64,000 nucleotides of DNA. It comes from Thermoanaerobaculia bacterium. GTDB lineage: Bacteria; Acidobacteriota; Thermoanaerobaculia; Multivoradales; JAGPDF01. This document shows, piece by piece, positions 1 through 9,096 of the stretch. The notes beneath the pieces are model-generated. The model was not told where the DNA came from, ran no database searches, and saw only the letters and a program-made list of their open reading frames with translations. The number at the start of each line of letters is the position of its first letter. Position 1 is the first letter of the stretch. A program made the translations under genes and the position numbers. The stretch covers positions 1,590 through 65,589 of the forward strand of contig JBFWYP010000018.1 in NCBI GenBank assembly GCA_050186295.1, written 5' to 3'.

Positions 1-2
1 GC

Positions 3-119
3 ATCGTCCTGCGCGCCGCCACCTTCAAGGACCTCTGGGAGCACGTCGCCGCCCTGGCAGCGATCTCGACCGTGCTGGTGCTCGCCTCGAGCCGGGCGTT
101 CCGCAAGACGATCCGCTGA
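3..119 (+). CDS. C-terminal fragment of a probable ABC-2 type permease (truncated by window edge)
   Basis: Hand translation IVLRAATFKDLWEHVAALAAISTVLVLASSRAFRKTIR*: a hydrophobic helix with a basic tail, typical of ABC-2 permease C-termini. Confidence 0.5.
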   Translation: MVLRAATFKDLWEHVAALAAISTVLVLASSRAFRKTIR

Positions 120-196
120 CGCACGGTTCGCGGCCCCGTTGACGTCCATCTCTTCCGCGCGCCGGCCGTTCGCCGGCGCCGGAACGGAGAGAGACG

Positions 197-736
197 ATGC
201 CCTTCGCCGAGATCGCGCTGTTCGGCCTCCTGCTCGCCGCGCCGCTTCCCGAGGGAACAGGCCGTACGGCGGCCCCTGCGGCGGCCGCGGACGAGGACGC
301 TCCCCTGCCGCTCGAGGTGCTCCTCGAGGCGCCCGGCGGCGCGCCGCCCGCGGCCGGCGAGATCACGGTCCGCTGGACGATCCGCAATCTCGGCGGCGCC
401 GCGCTGCCGCTGGCGTCCTGGCAGTTCCCGCTCGATCCGCTCGAAGCCGATCTGTTCGAGGTCGAGCTCGACGGCCGTCCCGTGCGCTTTCGCGGCGGTC
501 CGCCGCCGCGGCACCGGCCGGAGCCGCACGAGCTCGTGACGCTGCCCCCGGGAGGCAGCGTCTCCGGGCGGGTCCGGCTCTCCGGGCTCTACGACTTCCG
601 CCCGGCGGGCGACTACTCGATCCGCTACCGGGTCGACGCGCTCGCCATCGTCGGCACGCGCTTCGTCACGGCGCCGGTGCGCTCGAACGCGGTCCGCCTC
701 CGGCGCGGCTCCGTGGCGACCCGCCCGGATGCCTAG
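197..736 (+). CDS. Secreted hypothetical protein resembling the M35 metalloprotease propeptide domain
   Basis: Hydrophobic N-terminus; motif W-x2-PL..ADLFEV..DG..V.F.G...L.PG.S....V.LS..YD....G.Y.I.Y; GGAG upstream; no HExxH. Confidence 0.6.
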   Translation: MPFAEIALFGLLLAAPLPEGTGRTAAPAAAADEDAPLPLEVLLEAPGGAPPAAGEITVRWTIRNLGGAALPLASWQFPLDPLEADLFEVELDGRPVRFRGGPPPRHRPEPHELVTLPPGGSVSGRVRLSGLYDFRPAGDYSIRYRVDALAIVGTRFVTAPVRSNAVRLRRGSVATRPDA

Positions 737-2838
737 CGGGCGACGCGCACCCGGGCATCGACGGCGACGCCGGGGCCACCGGGGACGGCGACGAACGGAT
801 TGATGTCGAGCTCGACGACCTCGGGAAAGCTCTGCGCCAGCCAGGCGAGGCGGAGGAGTGTCTCCTCGAGCGCGGCGAAGTCGACCGGCGCGTCGCCCCG
901 CACGCCGTCGAGGAGCCGTACTCCGCGGATGCCCCGGATCATCTCCCGCGCTTCGGACCGGCTGAGCGGCGTCACTCCGAAGCGCACGTCGCGGAAGACC
1001 TCGACGTACTTTCCGCCCAGGCCGAACATCAGCACCGGACCGAAGCGCGGATCGGTCGAGATGCCGAAGATCGTCTCGTGCCCCGGCGCCGCCATCTTCT
1101 GGACGAGAAAGCCGGCGAGCGGCAGTCCGGCGGCCGCGAAGCGCTCCGCGAAGGCGACGCTGGCGCGCTCGACCGAAGCGGCGTCGCCGAGATCGAGCGC
1201 GATCGCCTTCGCCTCGCTCTTGTGCACGAGCCCCGGCGAGATCGCCTTGAGCACGACCGGGTAGCCGAGCTCCGCCGACGCCGCGACGGCGCTCCGCGCG
1301 TCGGCGACCACGCGCCACGGCACGACCGGAACCCCGATCCGTTCGAGGAGCCGGCAGGTCGCGCCCGGATCGAGATAGCCGTCGGCCCCGGCGCCGGCGA
1401 GCAGGGCGCCGATCTCCTCGCGGCCGATCGCGGCGAGTTGCGCGTCGACCGCGTCCGCGGGCTCGCGGTCCGGCCGGCGTTTCCATTCGGCGTAGCGGAC
1501 GAGCTGCTGGAAGGCGCGCGCCGCCGACTCGGGAAAGCGGTAGACCGGCGGCAGGTCCTCGCGCCCCTTGAGCCAGTCGTAGAAGCCCTCTTCGGCCATC
1601 ATCACCGCCAGCACCGGCTTGCTCGAACCGTTTCCGGCCCGCGCCACCGCCTCGAGCACGTCGCGCGGATCGGAGAGGAGCGGCGTCACGTTGATCACCA
1701 GGGCACCGTCGACGCCATCGTCGGCGAGCACCGCCGCGACGGTCTTCTCGTACTGCGCGGCGGTCGCCGAGGCGATCATGTCGACCGGATTGACGGCCGA
1801 CGCCGACGCCGGGAGGAAACTCCGCAGCTGCGCCTCGGTCGCCGGGGCGAGCACCGCCGGCGCGAGTCCGAGATTGACGCAGGCGTCGGTCGCCATGATC
1901 GCCGGTCCGCCGGCGTTGGTGACGATCGCTACCCGCCCGCCCGCCGGCAGGGGGCAGTGATCGAGCGCCCGCGCGACGTCGAACAGCTCCTGGATCGTGT
2001 CGGCCCGGAGGACGCCGCAGCGCTCGAGGAAGGCCGACACGGTGACGTCGGTGCCGGCCATCGCGCCGGTGTGGCTCGACGCGGCGCGCGCCCCCTCCGC
2101 CGTGCGCCCCGACTTCACGATCAGGATCGGCTTGCTGCGCGTCACCCGCTTGGCGATCTCGGTGAAGCGCCGCGGGTTGCCGAACGACTCGAGGTACATG
2201 CAGATGACCCGCGTCGCCGGATCGCTCTCCCAGAGCTCCAGGAGATCGTTGCCCGAGACGTCCGCCTTGTTCCCCATCGAGACGAACTGCGTCAGTCCGA
2301 TGCCGAGCTCGGCGGCGACGTTGAGGATGGCGACGCCGAGGGCGCCCGACTGGCTGACGAAGCCGACCGACCCGGGCTTGGCCGGCGTCGGCGCGAAGGT
2401 GGCGTCGAGCGAGATCGCCGGATCGCAGTTGATGATCCCCATGCAGTTGGGGCCTATCATGCGGATCCCGGCGGCGCGAACCGTGTCGCGGAGCGCGACC
2501 TCGAGCGCCCGGCCCTCGGCGCCGGTCTCGCCGTAGCCGGCGGTGATGACGACCAGGCCGCCGACGCCGTGGGCGATCGCCTCTTCGACGACCTGCTGGA
2601 CGAGCGCGCGCGGCACGGTGACGACCGCGAGATCGATCGGGTCCGGGATCGCCGCGAGCGACGGATAGCAGCGCAGCGAGTGGATCGCCTTCGCCTTCGG
2701 ATTGACGGGATAGATCGCGCCGGTGAACTCGCCGCGAACCAGATTGTGGACGATCGAATAGCCGATCGACGAGCGGTCGCGCGACGCACCGACCACGGCG
2801 ACCGACGACGGGCGGAAGAGGGCGTCGAAGGAGCTCAT
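733..2838 (-). CDS. Acetate/acyl-CoA ligase (ADP-forming) family protein, fused alpha/beta
   Basis: CoA-binding AVVGAS..YPVNP, GPNCMG, SQSGALG, SMGNKAD, SHTGA phospho-His motif, C-terminal ATP-grasp (HKSE, ELDINP). Confidence 0.9.
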   Translation of the reverse strand: MSSFDALFRPSSVAVVGASRDRSSIGYSIVHNLVRGEFTGAIYPVNPKAKAIHSLRCYPSLAAIPDPIDLAVVTVPRALVQQVVEEAIAHGVGGLVVITAGYGETGAEGRALEVALRDTVRAAGIRMIGPNCMGIINCDPAISLDATFAPTPAKPGSVGFVSQSGALGVAILNVAAELGIGLTQFVSMGNKADVSGNDLLELWESDPATRVICMYLESFGNPRRFTEIAKRVTRSKPILIVKSGRTAEGARAASSHTGAMAGTDVTVSAFLERCGVLRADTIQELFDVARALDHCPLPAGGRVAIVTNAGGPAIMATDACVNLGLAPAVLAPATEAQLRSFLPASASAVNPVDMIASATAAQYEKTVAAVLADDGVDGALVINVTPLLSDPRDVLEAVARAGNGSSKPVLAVMMAEEGFYDWLKGREDLPPVYRFPESAARAFQQLVRYAEWKRRPDREPADAVDAQLAAIGREEIGALLAGAGADGYLDPGATCRLLERIGVPVVPWRVVADARSAVAASAELGYPVVLKAISPGLVHKSEAKAIALDLGDAASVERASVAFAERFAAAGLPLAGFLVQKMAAPGHETIFGISTDPRFGPVLMFGLGGKYVEVFRDVRFGVTPLSRSEAREMIRGIRGVRLLDGVRGDAPVDFAALEETLLRLAWLAQSFPEVVELDINPFVAVPGGPGVAVDARVRVAR

Positions 2839-2913
2839 GACGGAGCCAACCTATCGCGCTCGGGCGCCCGCCACACCGTACCGACGGGTAGTCCGGCGGC
2901 GGAGCGCCCGCGA

Positions 2914-2943
2914 TTGACAGCCCGGCCCCGCTCGGGCGACACT
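2914..2943 (+). promoter_or_regulatory. Putative sigma70 promoter for the DsbA-like gene
   Basis: TTGACA (2914-2919), 18 nt spacer, GACACT (2938-2943). Confidence 0.4.
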
Positions 2944-2985
2944 GCAACGCCGTTCTTCCCCGCCAACCCCTTTCCAGGTGACCCC

Positions 2986-3912
2986 ATGACCCGAACGCTC
3001 CGGACTCTCGCTGCCCTCGCCCTCGGTTTCGCACTCGCCGCCGTCGCTCCCGCTGCGGCGAGCGCGACGGAAGGGCCCGCCGCTCGCGGCGAGCAGATCC
3101 TCGCCAACCTGCGGCAGACCTTTCCCGGCCTCGCCACCCGCAACGTGGTCATGGGTCCGATCGAAGCCAGCCCCTATGCCGGCCTCGACCGCGGCTCGTT
3201 CACCGTCGACGGCGTCCAGGTGCAGAACTTCTTCGTCACGCGCGACAACAAGGCGCTCTACTTCCTCTCCGAGGCGATCGACGTCAGCCGCTCGGCGAGC
3301 GAGCTCGCCGCCGAAGCGGCGCGCGAGTCCGCCGCCCGCGTCGCCGAGCTGACGGCGGCGATCGTGGGGGAACCGTTCCGCGGCGGCGCCGCCGCACCGG
3401 TGACGATCGTCGAGTTCTCCGACTTCCAGTGCCCCTACTGCTCGCGCGCCGCCCAGACCGTGCACGAGATCCTCGCCCGCTACGGCGACGACGTGAAATT
3501 CGTGTTCAAGCACTTCCCGCTCGACTTCCATCCCTGGGCGCGGCCGGCGGCGATCGCCGCCGAGTGCGCCGCCGCGCAGTCGGGAGAGGCGTTCTGGAAG
3601 CTGCACGACGGCTACTTCGGCGCGCAGCAGCAGCTCACTCCGGAGAACGTCCTGGCGCGGAGCCGCGACTATCTCGCCGGCTCCGGCGTCGACATGGCGG
3701 CCTGGTCCGCCTGCGCCGAGAACAGCGGCTCCGAGAGCTACCGCGCCGCTGCCTCGGCGGTCGAGTCCGACCTCCGCTTCGGCCAGCAGCACGGCGTGAC
3801 CGGAACTCCGGGCTTCTTCGTCAACGGCACGTTCGTCAACGGCGCGCAGCCGATCGAAGCGTTCGTGCCGCTGATCGAAGCCGCCAGGTCCGCCGCGAAG
3901 CCGGCGAAGTAG
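2986..3912 (+). CDS. DsbA/DsbG-like thioredoxin-fold disulfide oxidoreductase, exported
   Basis: Signal peptide; EFSDFQCPYC, FKHFPL, GVTGTPGFFVNG; true start is ATG 2986 within the long 139..3912 ORF. Confidence 0.88.
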   Translation: MTRTLRTLAALALGFALAAVAPAAASATEGPAARGEQILANLRQTFPGLATRNVVMGPIEASPYAGLDRGSFTVDGVQVQNFFVTRDNKALYFLSEAIDVSRSASELAAEAARESAARVAELTAAIVGEPFRGGAAAPVTIVEFSDFQCPYCSRAAQTVHEILARYGDDVKFVFKHFPLDFHPWARPAAIAAECAAAQSGEAFWKLHDGYFGAQQQLTPENVLARSRDYLAGSGVDMAAWSACAENSGSESYRAAASAVESDLRFGQQHGVTGTPGFFVNGTFVNGAQPIEAFVPLIEAARSAAKPAK

Positions 3913-3933
3913 ACCCGCGGCCGGCGCGCGGGC

Positions 3934-5565
3934 TCAGCGCTGCCCGGGCCGCCGCCTCTCCAGAGCCAGGGCCGCGGCGCCGGTCGCCGCGACCAGGAGG
4001 GCGAAGAGTCCGAGGGCGAAGGGCCCGGCGGCCACGACGCCGGGCATCCGCAGGAGACCCGTCACGTCGCCGCCCGGCAGACCGTTGAGCGCCAGGTAGA
4101 GACCGGTCAGCTGGAGCACCGCGAACAGCTTGGCGCCACCGGTGAGCGCCCCGCAGGCGGCAGCGAAGCAGCCGAGGAGCGCCGCCCCGACGACGGCGCT
4201 CGCCGCGGCGAGCGGAGCGGAAGAGGCCAGTCGGAGAGCCGTGGGCGCGACGAGCAGCACGGCGAAGCCGGACATGCCGGCACTTTTCCAGAGCACGAGC
4301 GAGAGCGGCAGACCCGGCTGAGCGCGCAGCAGCGCGGTCGTGCCGCTCTGCGCTTCGCGCGCTCCCGCCACCGCGAGGATCGGCGTCGCCGCGAGCAGCA
4401 GGAGCAGACGCAGCGGAATCCCCGGCACGACCGCAGGAGCCAGGGCCAGCGCCAGCACCAGCCAGCGCCAGCGCCCGAGCACTTCGAAGGTGAGCCGGAT
4501 CTCCGCGGCGATCGAACGCAGGGTCGACGGGGCGAGGACGACCGGAGGCAGCGCCGCCAGGCCGCGGTGGTGCACGGTCGTCGCGTCGACCGGCCCGCGC
4601 TCCGCCGCGTGCCGCGCCGGCACGATCGCCGGCTCCGGACCGCCTCTCTTGCCGCGCCGGCGGGAGGGGTCGAAGCGATCGAAGAACAGCACCGCCAGCC
4701 CGAACGGCAGGAGCGCCTGCAGCAGCGTGCCGAGTCGTTGCAGGCGGAAGCCGGCGGAAAGCTCGACGCCCGGCCACTCGACCTTCTCGGGCGCCTCGCT
4801 GTGGACGACGAGTCCGCTCGACACCGTGCCGCGCGCGGCCTCGGGGAGCGACTCCGTGACCAGTCGGGTGAGGCCGGCGATCCCCGTCGGGTCCCAGACG
4901 ATCGGGCGCGCGACTCGCGCTTCGGCCGGGGCCCGCGTCTCGCGAACGATCGTCGTCACCACCGGCAGCGCCAGCATCAGGCCGACGAAGAGGAAGTACC
5001 AGGCCACCCATCCGCCCGCTCCCCGCAGACCGGGCGTGACGTCGAAGAGGATCGCCAGCGTGGCCACGAGCAACGCCATCGGCAGGGCGGTCCAGATCGC
5101 CGGCTCGACGAGATGGAGCGGCTCGATCGGCGCGTCGCTGCGCACGGCGAGAGTCAGGATGCCGGTGAGGACGCCGAAGCCGGCGAGGGTCGCGAGATAG
5201 GCGGCGTGCGCCAGACTCTTGCCCGCGAGGTAGGTCCAGGAAGGCAGCGGCGTCGCTGCCAGGATCGGTCCCAGACCGCGGCGCGCATCGCCCTTCACGG
5301 TGCCCGCGATCAGGTAGAAGCCGACCAGTCCGAGGATCACCCCGCAGAGCTGGCCGCAGGCGATGCCGACCAGCCGGGAGGTGAGGAACGGCGTCTGCAG
5401 CTGGCCGTCGATCGTCCGCCAGGACAGGTTGACCGAGTGGCCGTCCGCCGAAGGGAGCCAGAACCAGAAGCCGGCGACGAAAGCGGCGAGCGCCACCCAG
5501 GTGGCGCCCGAACGGAGTCGCAGACGGAACTCGGTCCCGACCAGGGCCGCGAGCTCCTGCCTCAC
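3934..5565 (-). CDS. ABC transporter permease-like membrane protein
   Basis: Many TM segments, ATPLPSWTYLAGK motif; overlaps the upstream ATPase stop by 4 nt. Confidence 0.75.
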   Translation of the reverse strand: MRQELAALVGTEFRLRLRSGATWVALAAFVAGFWFWLPSADGHSVNLSWRTIDGQLQTPFLTSRLVGIACGQLCGVILGLVGFYLIAGTVKGDARRGLGPILAATPLPSWTYLAGKSLAHAAYLATLAGFGVLTGILTLAVRSDAPIEPLHLVEPAIWTALPMALLVATLAILFDVTPGLRGAGGWVAWYFLFVGLMLALPVVTTIVRETRAPAEARVARPIVWDPTGIAGLTRLVTESLPEAARGTVSSGLVVHSEAPEKVEWPGVELSAGFRLQRLGTLLQALLPFGLAVLFFDRFDPSRRRGKRGGPEPAIVPARHAAERGPVDATTVHHRGLAALPPVVLAPSTLRSIAAEIRLTFEVLGRWRWLVLALALAPAVVPGIPLRLLLLLAATPILAVAGAREAQSGTTALLRAQPGLPLSLVLWKSAGMSGFAVLLVAPTALRLASSAPLAAASAVVGAALLGCFAAACGALTGGAKLFAVLQLTGLYLALNGLPGGDVTGLLRMPGVVAAGPFALGLFALLVAATGAAALALERRRPGQR

Positions 5566-6446
5566 GCCGCGCTCCCCTCGCGGCGCAGCCAGAGATAGGC
5601 GTCTTCGAGCGTCGGATCGACCGCGACCGCGCCAGCCGGCGGCTCGCCGGCGCAGACGAAGCGCACGTGAGCGCCGTCGGCACGCTGCACCAGGCTCGAG
5701 ACATGGACGCGTTGCTGCAGCTCGGCGAGCCGGTCGGAAGCGACGCGGAGCGAGAAGACGTGCCCGAGCGCGCGCGCCAGCAGCTCTTCGGGGGTCGCCA
5801 CGGCGAGCAGCCGGCCCTCGCGCAGCACGGCGAGAGTCGTCGCCACCGCTTCGACGTCGGAGACGATGTGCGTCGAGAGGATCACGACGCGGTCGTGGGC
5901 GATCTCCGCCAGGAGGTTGCGGAACCGCACCCGTTCGTCCGGGTCGAGGCCGACGGTCGGCTCGTCGACGATCAGCAGCTGCGGCTCGCCCAGCAGCGCC
6001 TGCGCGATGCCGACCCGCTGCCGCATGCCGCCCGAGAAGCCGCCGAGCGGCCGCTGCGCGGCGGCGTGCAGGTTGACCAGCTCGAGCAGCCCCTCGACGC
6101 GCGCGGCGAGCGACCGACCGCCGAGGCCCTTCAGCCGTCCGAGGTAGAGCAGGAACTCGGTCGCTGTGAGGCGTTCGTAGATGCCGAAGTCCTGCGGCAG
6201 GTAGCCGAGCTCGCGCCGCACCGCCAGCGGATCGCGCACGCCGTCCCGCCCGCGCCAGCGGAACGTGCCGGAGGTCGGTCGCGTGACCGTCGCCAGGATC
6301 GACATCAGGGTGCTCTTTCCCGCTCCGTTCGCCCCGAGGAGGCCGACCACCCCCGGTCCCAGACGCAGGTGGACGTCGGCGAGCGCAGTGTGGCCGTTGC
6401 GGTAGGTCTTGGTGAGGGCTTCGATCTCGAGGACGGTCTCCGACAT
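5562..6446 (-). CDS. ABC transporter ATP-binding protein
   Basis: Walker A GANGAGKST, signature FSGGMRQR, Walker B LLIVDEPT, H-loop STH; start reassigned to MSETVLEI. Confidence 0.92.
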   Translation of the reverse strand: MSETVLEIEALTKTYRNGHTALADVHLRLGPGVVGLLGANGAGKSTLMSILATVTRPTSGTFRWRGRDGVRDPLAVRRELGYLPQDFGIYERLTATEFLLYLGRLKGLGGRSLAARVEGLLELVNLHAAAQRPLGGFSGGMRQRVGIAQALLGEPQLLIVDEPTVGLDPDERVRFRNLLAEIAHDRVVILSTHIVSDVEAVATTLAVLREGRLLAVATPEELLARALGHVFSLRVASDRLAELQQRVHVSSLVQRADGAHVRFVCAGEPPAGAVAVDPTLEDAYLWLRREGSAA

Positions 6447-6498
6447 CCGGAGCCCTACGTCGTCCGGTCCGTACGGTTTCGCGGCAACGGGAATCTCC

Positions 6499-7368
6499 TC
6501 AGGGAGTGAGCAGCAGGAGTCGTTCGTCGGCGAGCTCGACGTCGATCGGCAGCGACGGAACGAACGGGTCGCCATCGTACTGCAGCGGCTGTCCGGCCGG
6601 AGAGAGGACGCGCACGCGGCCGACACGGCGGATCTCGACGTCGGCGCGCGCCGCGTGCCGGCCGCGCACCAGGTCGATGGCGAAGCCGAAGGCGTCGCGA
6701 CGGCGATGGCCGCGGAAGAGGAGGATCTCGAGCTGACGGTCGTCGGCGCGCGCGCCGGGCACGATCTCGTAGCCGCCGGCGTACTGGGCGAGATTGCTCA
6801 CCACGAAGCCGGTCGCGGTGAGCCGCTCGCCGTCGACCTCGAGCCCGATCTCCGGAAAGCGGTAGCGCCGCCACTCGCGGAAGCCGGCGATGGCGATCGC
6901 CCCTTTGCCGAGCCGCTTCTTGAGGCGCGGGTCGGCGGCCGCCATGATCGTCGCGTCGAGGCCACCGGAAACCTGCATCAGGAACGGCTGGTCGCCGCAG
7001 CGGCCGAGGTCGGTCGCGTGCGGCGTCGCCGCCGCCAGGAGGCGCGCCGCCGCCACCGGATCCATCGGCAGTCCGAGCGACAGCGCGACGACGTTGGTGG
7101 TCCCGCCGGGCAGGGCGCCGACCGCCACGCCGCTCCCGGCGAGGACGCTCGCCACCACGCGCAGCGTCCCGTCGCCGCCGAGGACGAAGAGCGCGTCGAG
7201 CGCTTCGCTCCTCGCCCGGGCGGCGAGCGTGCGGCAGTGCTCCGGACTGTCGGTCGGATCGAATCGCAGGTCGAACGCCCCGGACAGCGCGGCGCGGATC
7301 GCTTCCAGCCGCTTGGCGCGGTGCGCGCCGGCGCGCGGGTTGAAGAGCAGCGCGGCGCGGCGCTTCAA
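6499..7368 (-). CDS. Diacylglycerol kinase (DagK/YegS) family lipid kinase
   Basis: NPRAG, GGDGT, LPGGTTN, QYDGDP motifs. Confidence 0.9.
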   Translation of the reverse strand: MKRRAALLFNPRAGAHRAKRLEAIRAALSGAFDLRFDPTDSPEHCRTLAARARSEALDALFVLGGDGTLRVVASVLAGSGVAVGALPGGTTNVVALSLGLPMDPVAAARLLAAATPHATDLGRCGDQPFLMQVSGGLDATIMAAADPRLKKRLGKGAIAIAGFREWRRYRFPEIGLEVDGERLTATGFVVSNLAQYAGGYEIVPGARADDRQLEILLFRGHRRRDAFGFAIDLVRGRHAARADVEIRRVGRVRVLSPAGQPLQYDGDPFVPSLPIDVELADERLLLLTP

Positions 7369-8915
7369 AGGGCGACCGCCGGCGCGGCGACGAGCGCAGC
7401 GAATTCTTGTTCCCTCTGGCGCGCGTGCTCGAGCGCCTTCCGGAAGCGCTCCTCCCCGGCGATCGACCCGAGAGCGGGCGCGCTCTCGAAGCAGCGCGAA
7501 CAGAAGAATCCCTGGGCGACGGCGCGCTCGACTTCGGTCAGCGCCAGCTCACGATCTCCCGCCGCGGCGAGGAGCTCGGCGATCCGTGCGGTGAGCTCGC
7601 CGTCGGTCGCCAGGAGTCGCGTGCGTTGCAGCGCGAGCTGACCGAGCAGGAGACGACCGTCGGTCGCGCGCCCCTCGATCACCGCCACCAGTCCCTCGGC
7701 GAGACGTGCGAACGGGTCGCTCGGCCGTTCGCGGAACGCCGGCGCGAGCTCCTGGAGTGCCGCCGACGAGCGGCCACCACGCCACAGCGCGTAGCCGCGG
7801 TAGAAGCGGACGAGTGGCGTCGAAGCCTCGGGCAACAGGGCGAGAAAACGGTCGACGTCGCCGAGGTAGAGCAGCGCGTTCGGTGTCCACCCTTCGCGCG
7901 CGAAGAAGGTGGCGTCCGTCGACGCCACCGCGTCGATCCGCGTGCGCGCCGCCTCGAGCGCACCGCCGTAGGTCGCAGCGTACGCCGCGAGGAAGGCGAT
8001 CTGCGGCGACTCGACGGTGCGCGGTGCGGCGAGCGCCCAGGCCTCCTCCGCTCTCCCGGTTTCGACGAGGACGGCGGCCTTGAGGGCGAGCGCCTGGGTG
8101 CTCCCGGGTGCGAGCTCGAGCGCCCGTTCGGCGGCGCGGATGGCATCGGCGTAGGACGCCCCCGACTCGCCGCACGACGAGACCAGGTTGTACTGCGCCC
8201 AGCCGTACTGCTCCCAGGCCTCGGCGAACGTCGGGGCGAGCGCCAGCGCCCGCTCGAGATCGGCGATCGCCTGGTGCGCGACGCAGCTTCCTCCCGCGAG
8301 CGCCTGCTGCGCCGAGGAATAGAGCCGGAACGCCTCGGGCGGAACCGCGGCGGCCGCGCTGCGGCCCGGCGCGGGACGCAGTTTCGGCCAGAGTGCGAAC
8401 GCGGCGACCACCATCAGGAGCCCGAGGAGGACGAGCTCCCGGCGCGGCGATCGTTGCCGCGACTCCGGCCCGACCGGCTCGGCGGACGCCGCAACGCTCG
8501 TCGGCGGCGCCGCGACCGGCTCGGCCGACGCCGTCTTCTCCGCGGCCTCCACGCCACCTGCCTCCCACACTTCGACCGGAGCGATCAGACGATAGCCGCG
8601 ACGAGCGATCGTCTGGATGTAGCGCGGCGCCTTCGGATCGTCCCCGAACGCCTTGCGGAGCTCGGAGACCGCCCGCGTGACCACCGCCTCGACCACGAAC
8701 TTCCCCTCCCAGACCTCCGCCAGGAGCTCCTCCTGGCTCACCGTTTCGCCGCGGCGGCGGGCGAGCACCAGGAGAACTTCCATGATCTTCGGTTCGAGGT
8801 GGCTCTCGCCGCCCGCCCCGGTGAGGGTGTCGAGGCCGGGATCGGCGACGAAGTCGCCGATGCGGAGCGGCGGGACGTTTCCGGAGGCAGGCATATCGGA
8901 GGGCCGGGTGCGCAT
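7365..8915 (-). CDS. CadC/ToxR-like membrane-anchored winged-helix regulator with TPR region
   Basis: LEPKIMEVL..VSQEELLAEVW..VTRAVSELRKAFGDD..YIQTIARRGYRL, one TM helix, helical TPR-like C-terminus. Confidence 0.85.
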   Translation of the reverse strand: MRTRPSDMPASGNVPPLRIGDFVADPGLDTLTGAGGESHLEPKIMEVLLVLARRRGETVSQEELLAEVWEGKFVVEAVVTRAVSELRKAFGDDPKAPRYIQTIARRGYRLIAPVEVWEAGGVEAAEKTASAEPVAAPPTSVAASAEPVGPESRQRSPRRELVLLGLLMVVAAFALWPKLRPAPGRSAAAAVPPEAFRLYSSAQQALAGGSCVAHQAIADLERALALAPTFAEAWEQYGWAQYNLVSSCGESGASYADAIRAAERALELAPGSTQALALKAAVLVETGRAEEAWALAAPRTVESPQIAFLAAYAATYGGALEAARTRIDAVASTDATFFAREGWTPNALLYLGDVDRFLALLPEASTPLVRFYRGYALWRGGRSSAALQELAPAFRERPSDPFARLAEGLVAVIEGRATDGRLLLGQLALQRTRLLATDGELTARIAELLAAAGDRELALTEVERAVAQGFFCSRCFESAPALGSIAGEERFRKALEHARQREQEFAALVAAPAVAL

Positions 8916-8978
8916 TGTACGGCGCGGCGGAGGTCCGGCATCGCCCGCCGAATGAACTGTTTCACAGGAAAACCGCTC

Positions 8979-9017
8979 CCTTCGAGCGCCCTCAGCGTCC
9001 CCTCCGCGGTTCCTCAG
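8979..9017 (+). promoter_or_regulatory. 11-bp-phased direct repeats, candidate winged-helix binding sites
   Basis: CCTTCG 8979, CCTCAG 8990, CCTCCG 9001, CCTCAG 9012 in the divergent intergenic region. Confidence 0.45.
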
Positions 9018-9096
9018 GACCGGAAGGAGCGCTCGGCGGGAGATTCACTCCCCGCCGGGTTCCCGGATTCGGCGGCTCTCGCGAAAGGAGCGTGCT

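Noticed and set aside
139-2985. N-terminal ~950 aa of the 1257-aa + strand ORF
   Set aside because: Antisense shadow of the acyl-CoA ligase in high-GC DNA; only the DsbA part from 2986 has motifs.
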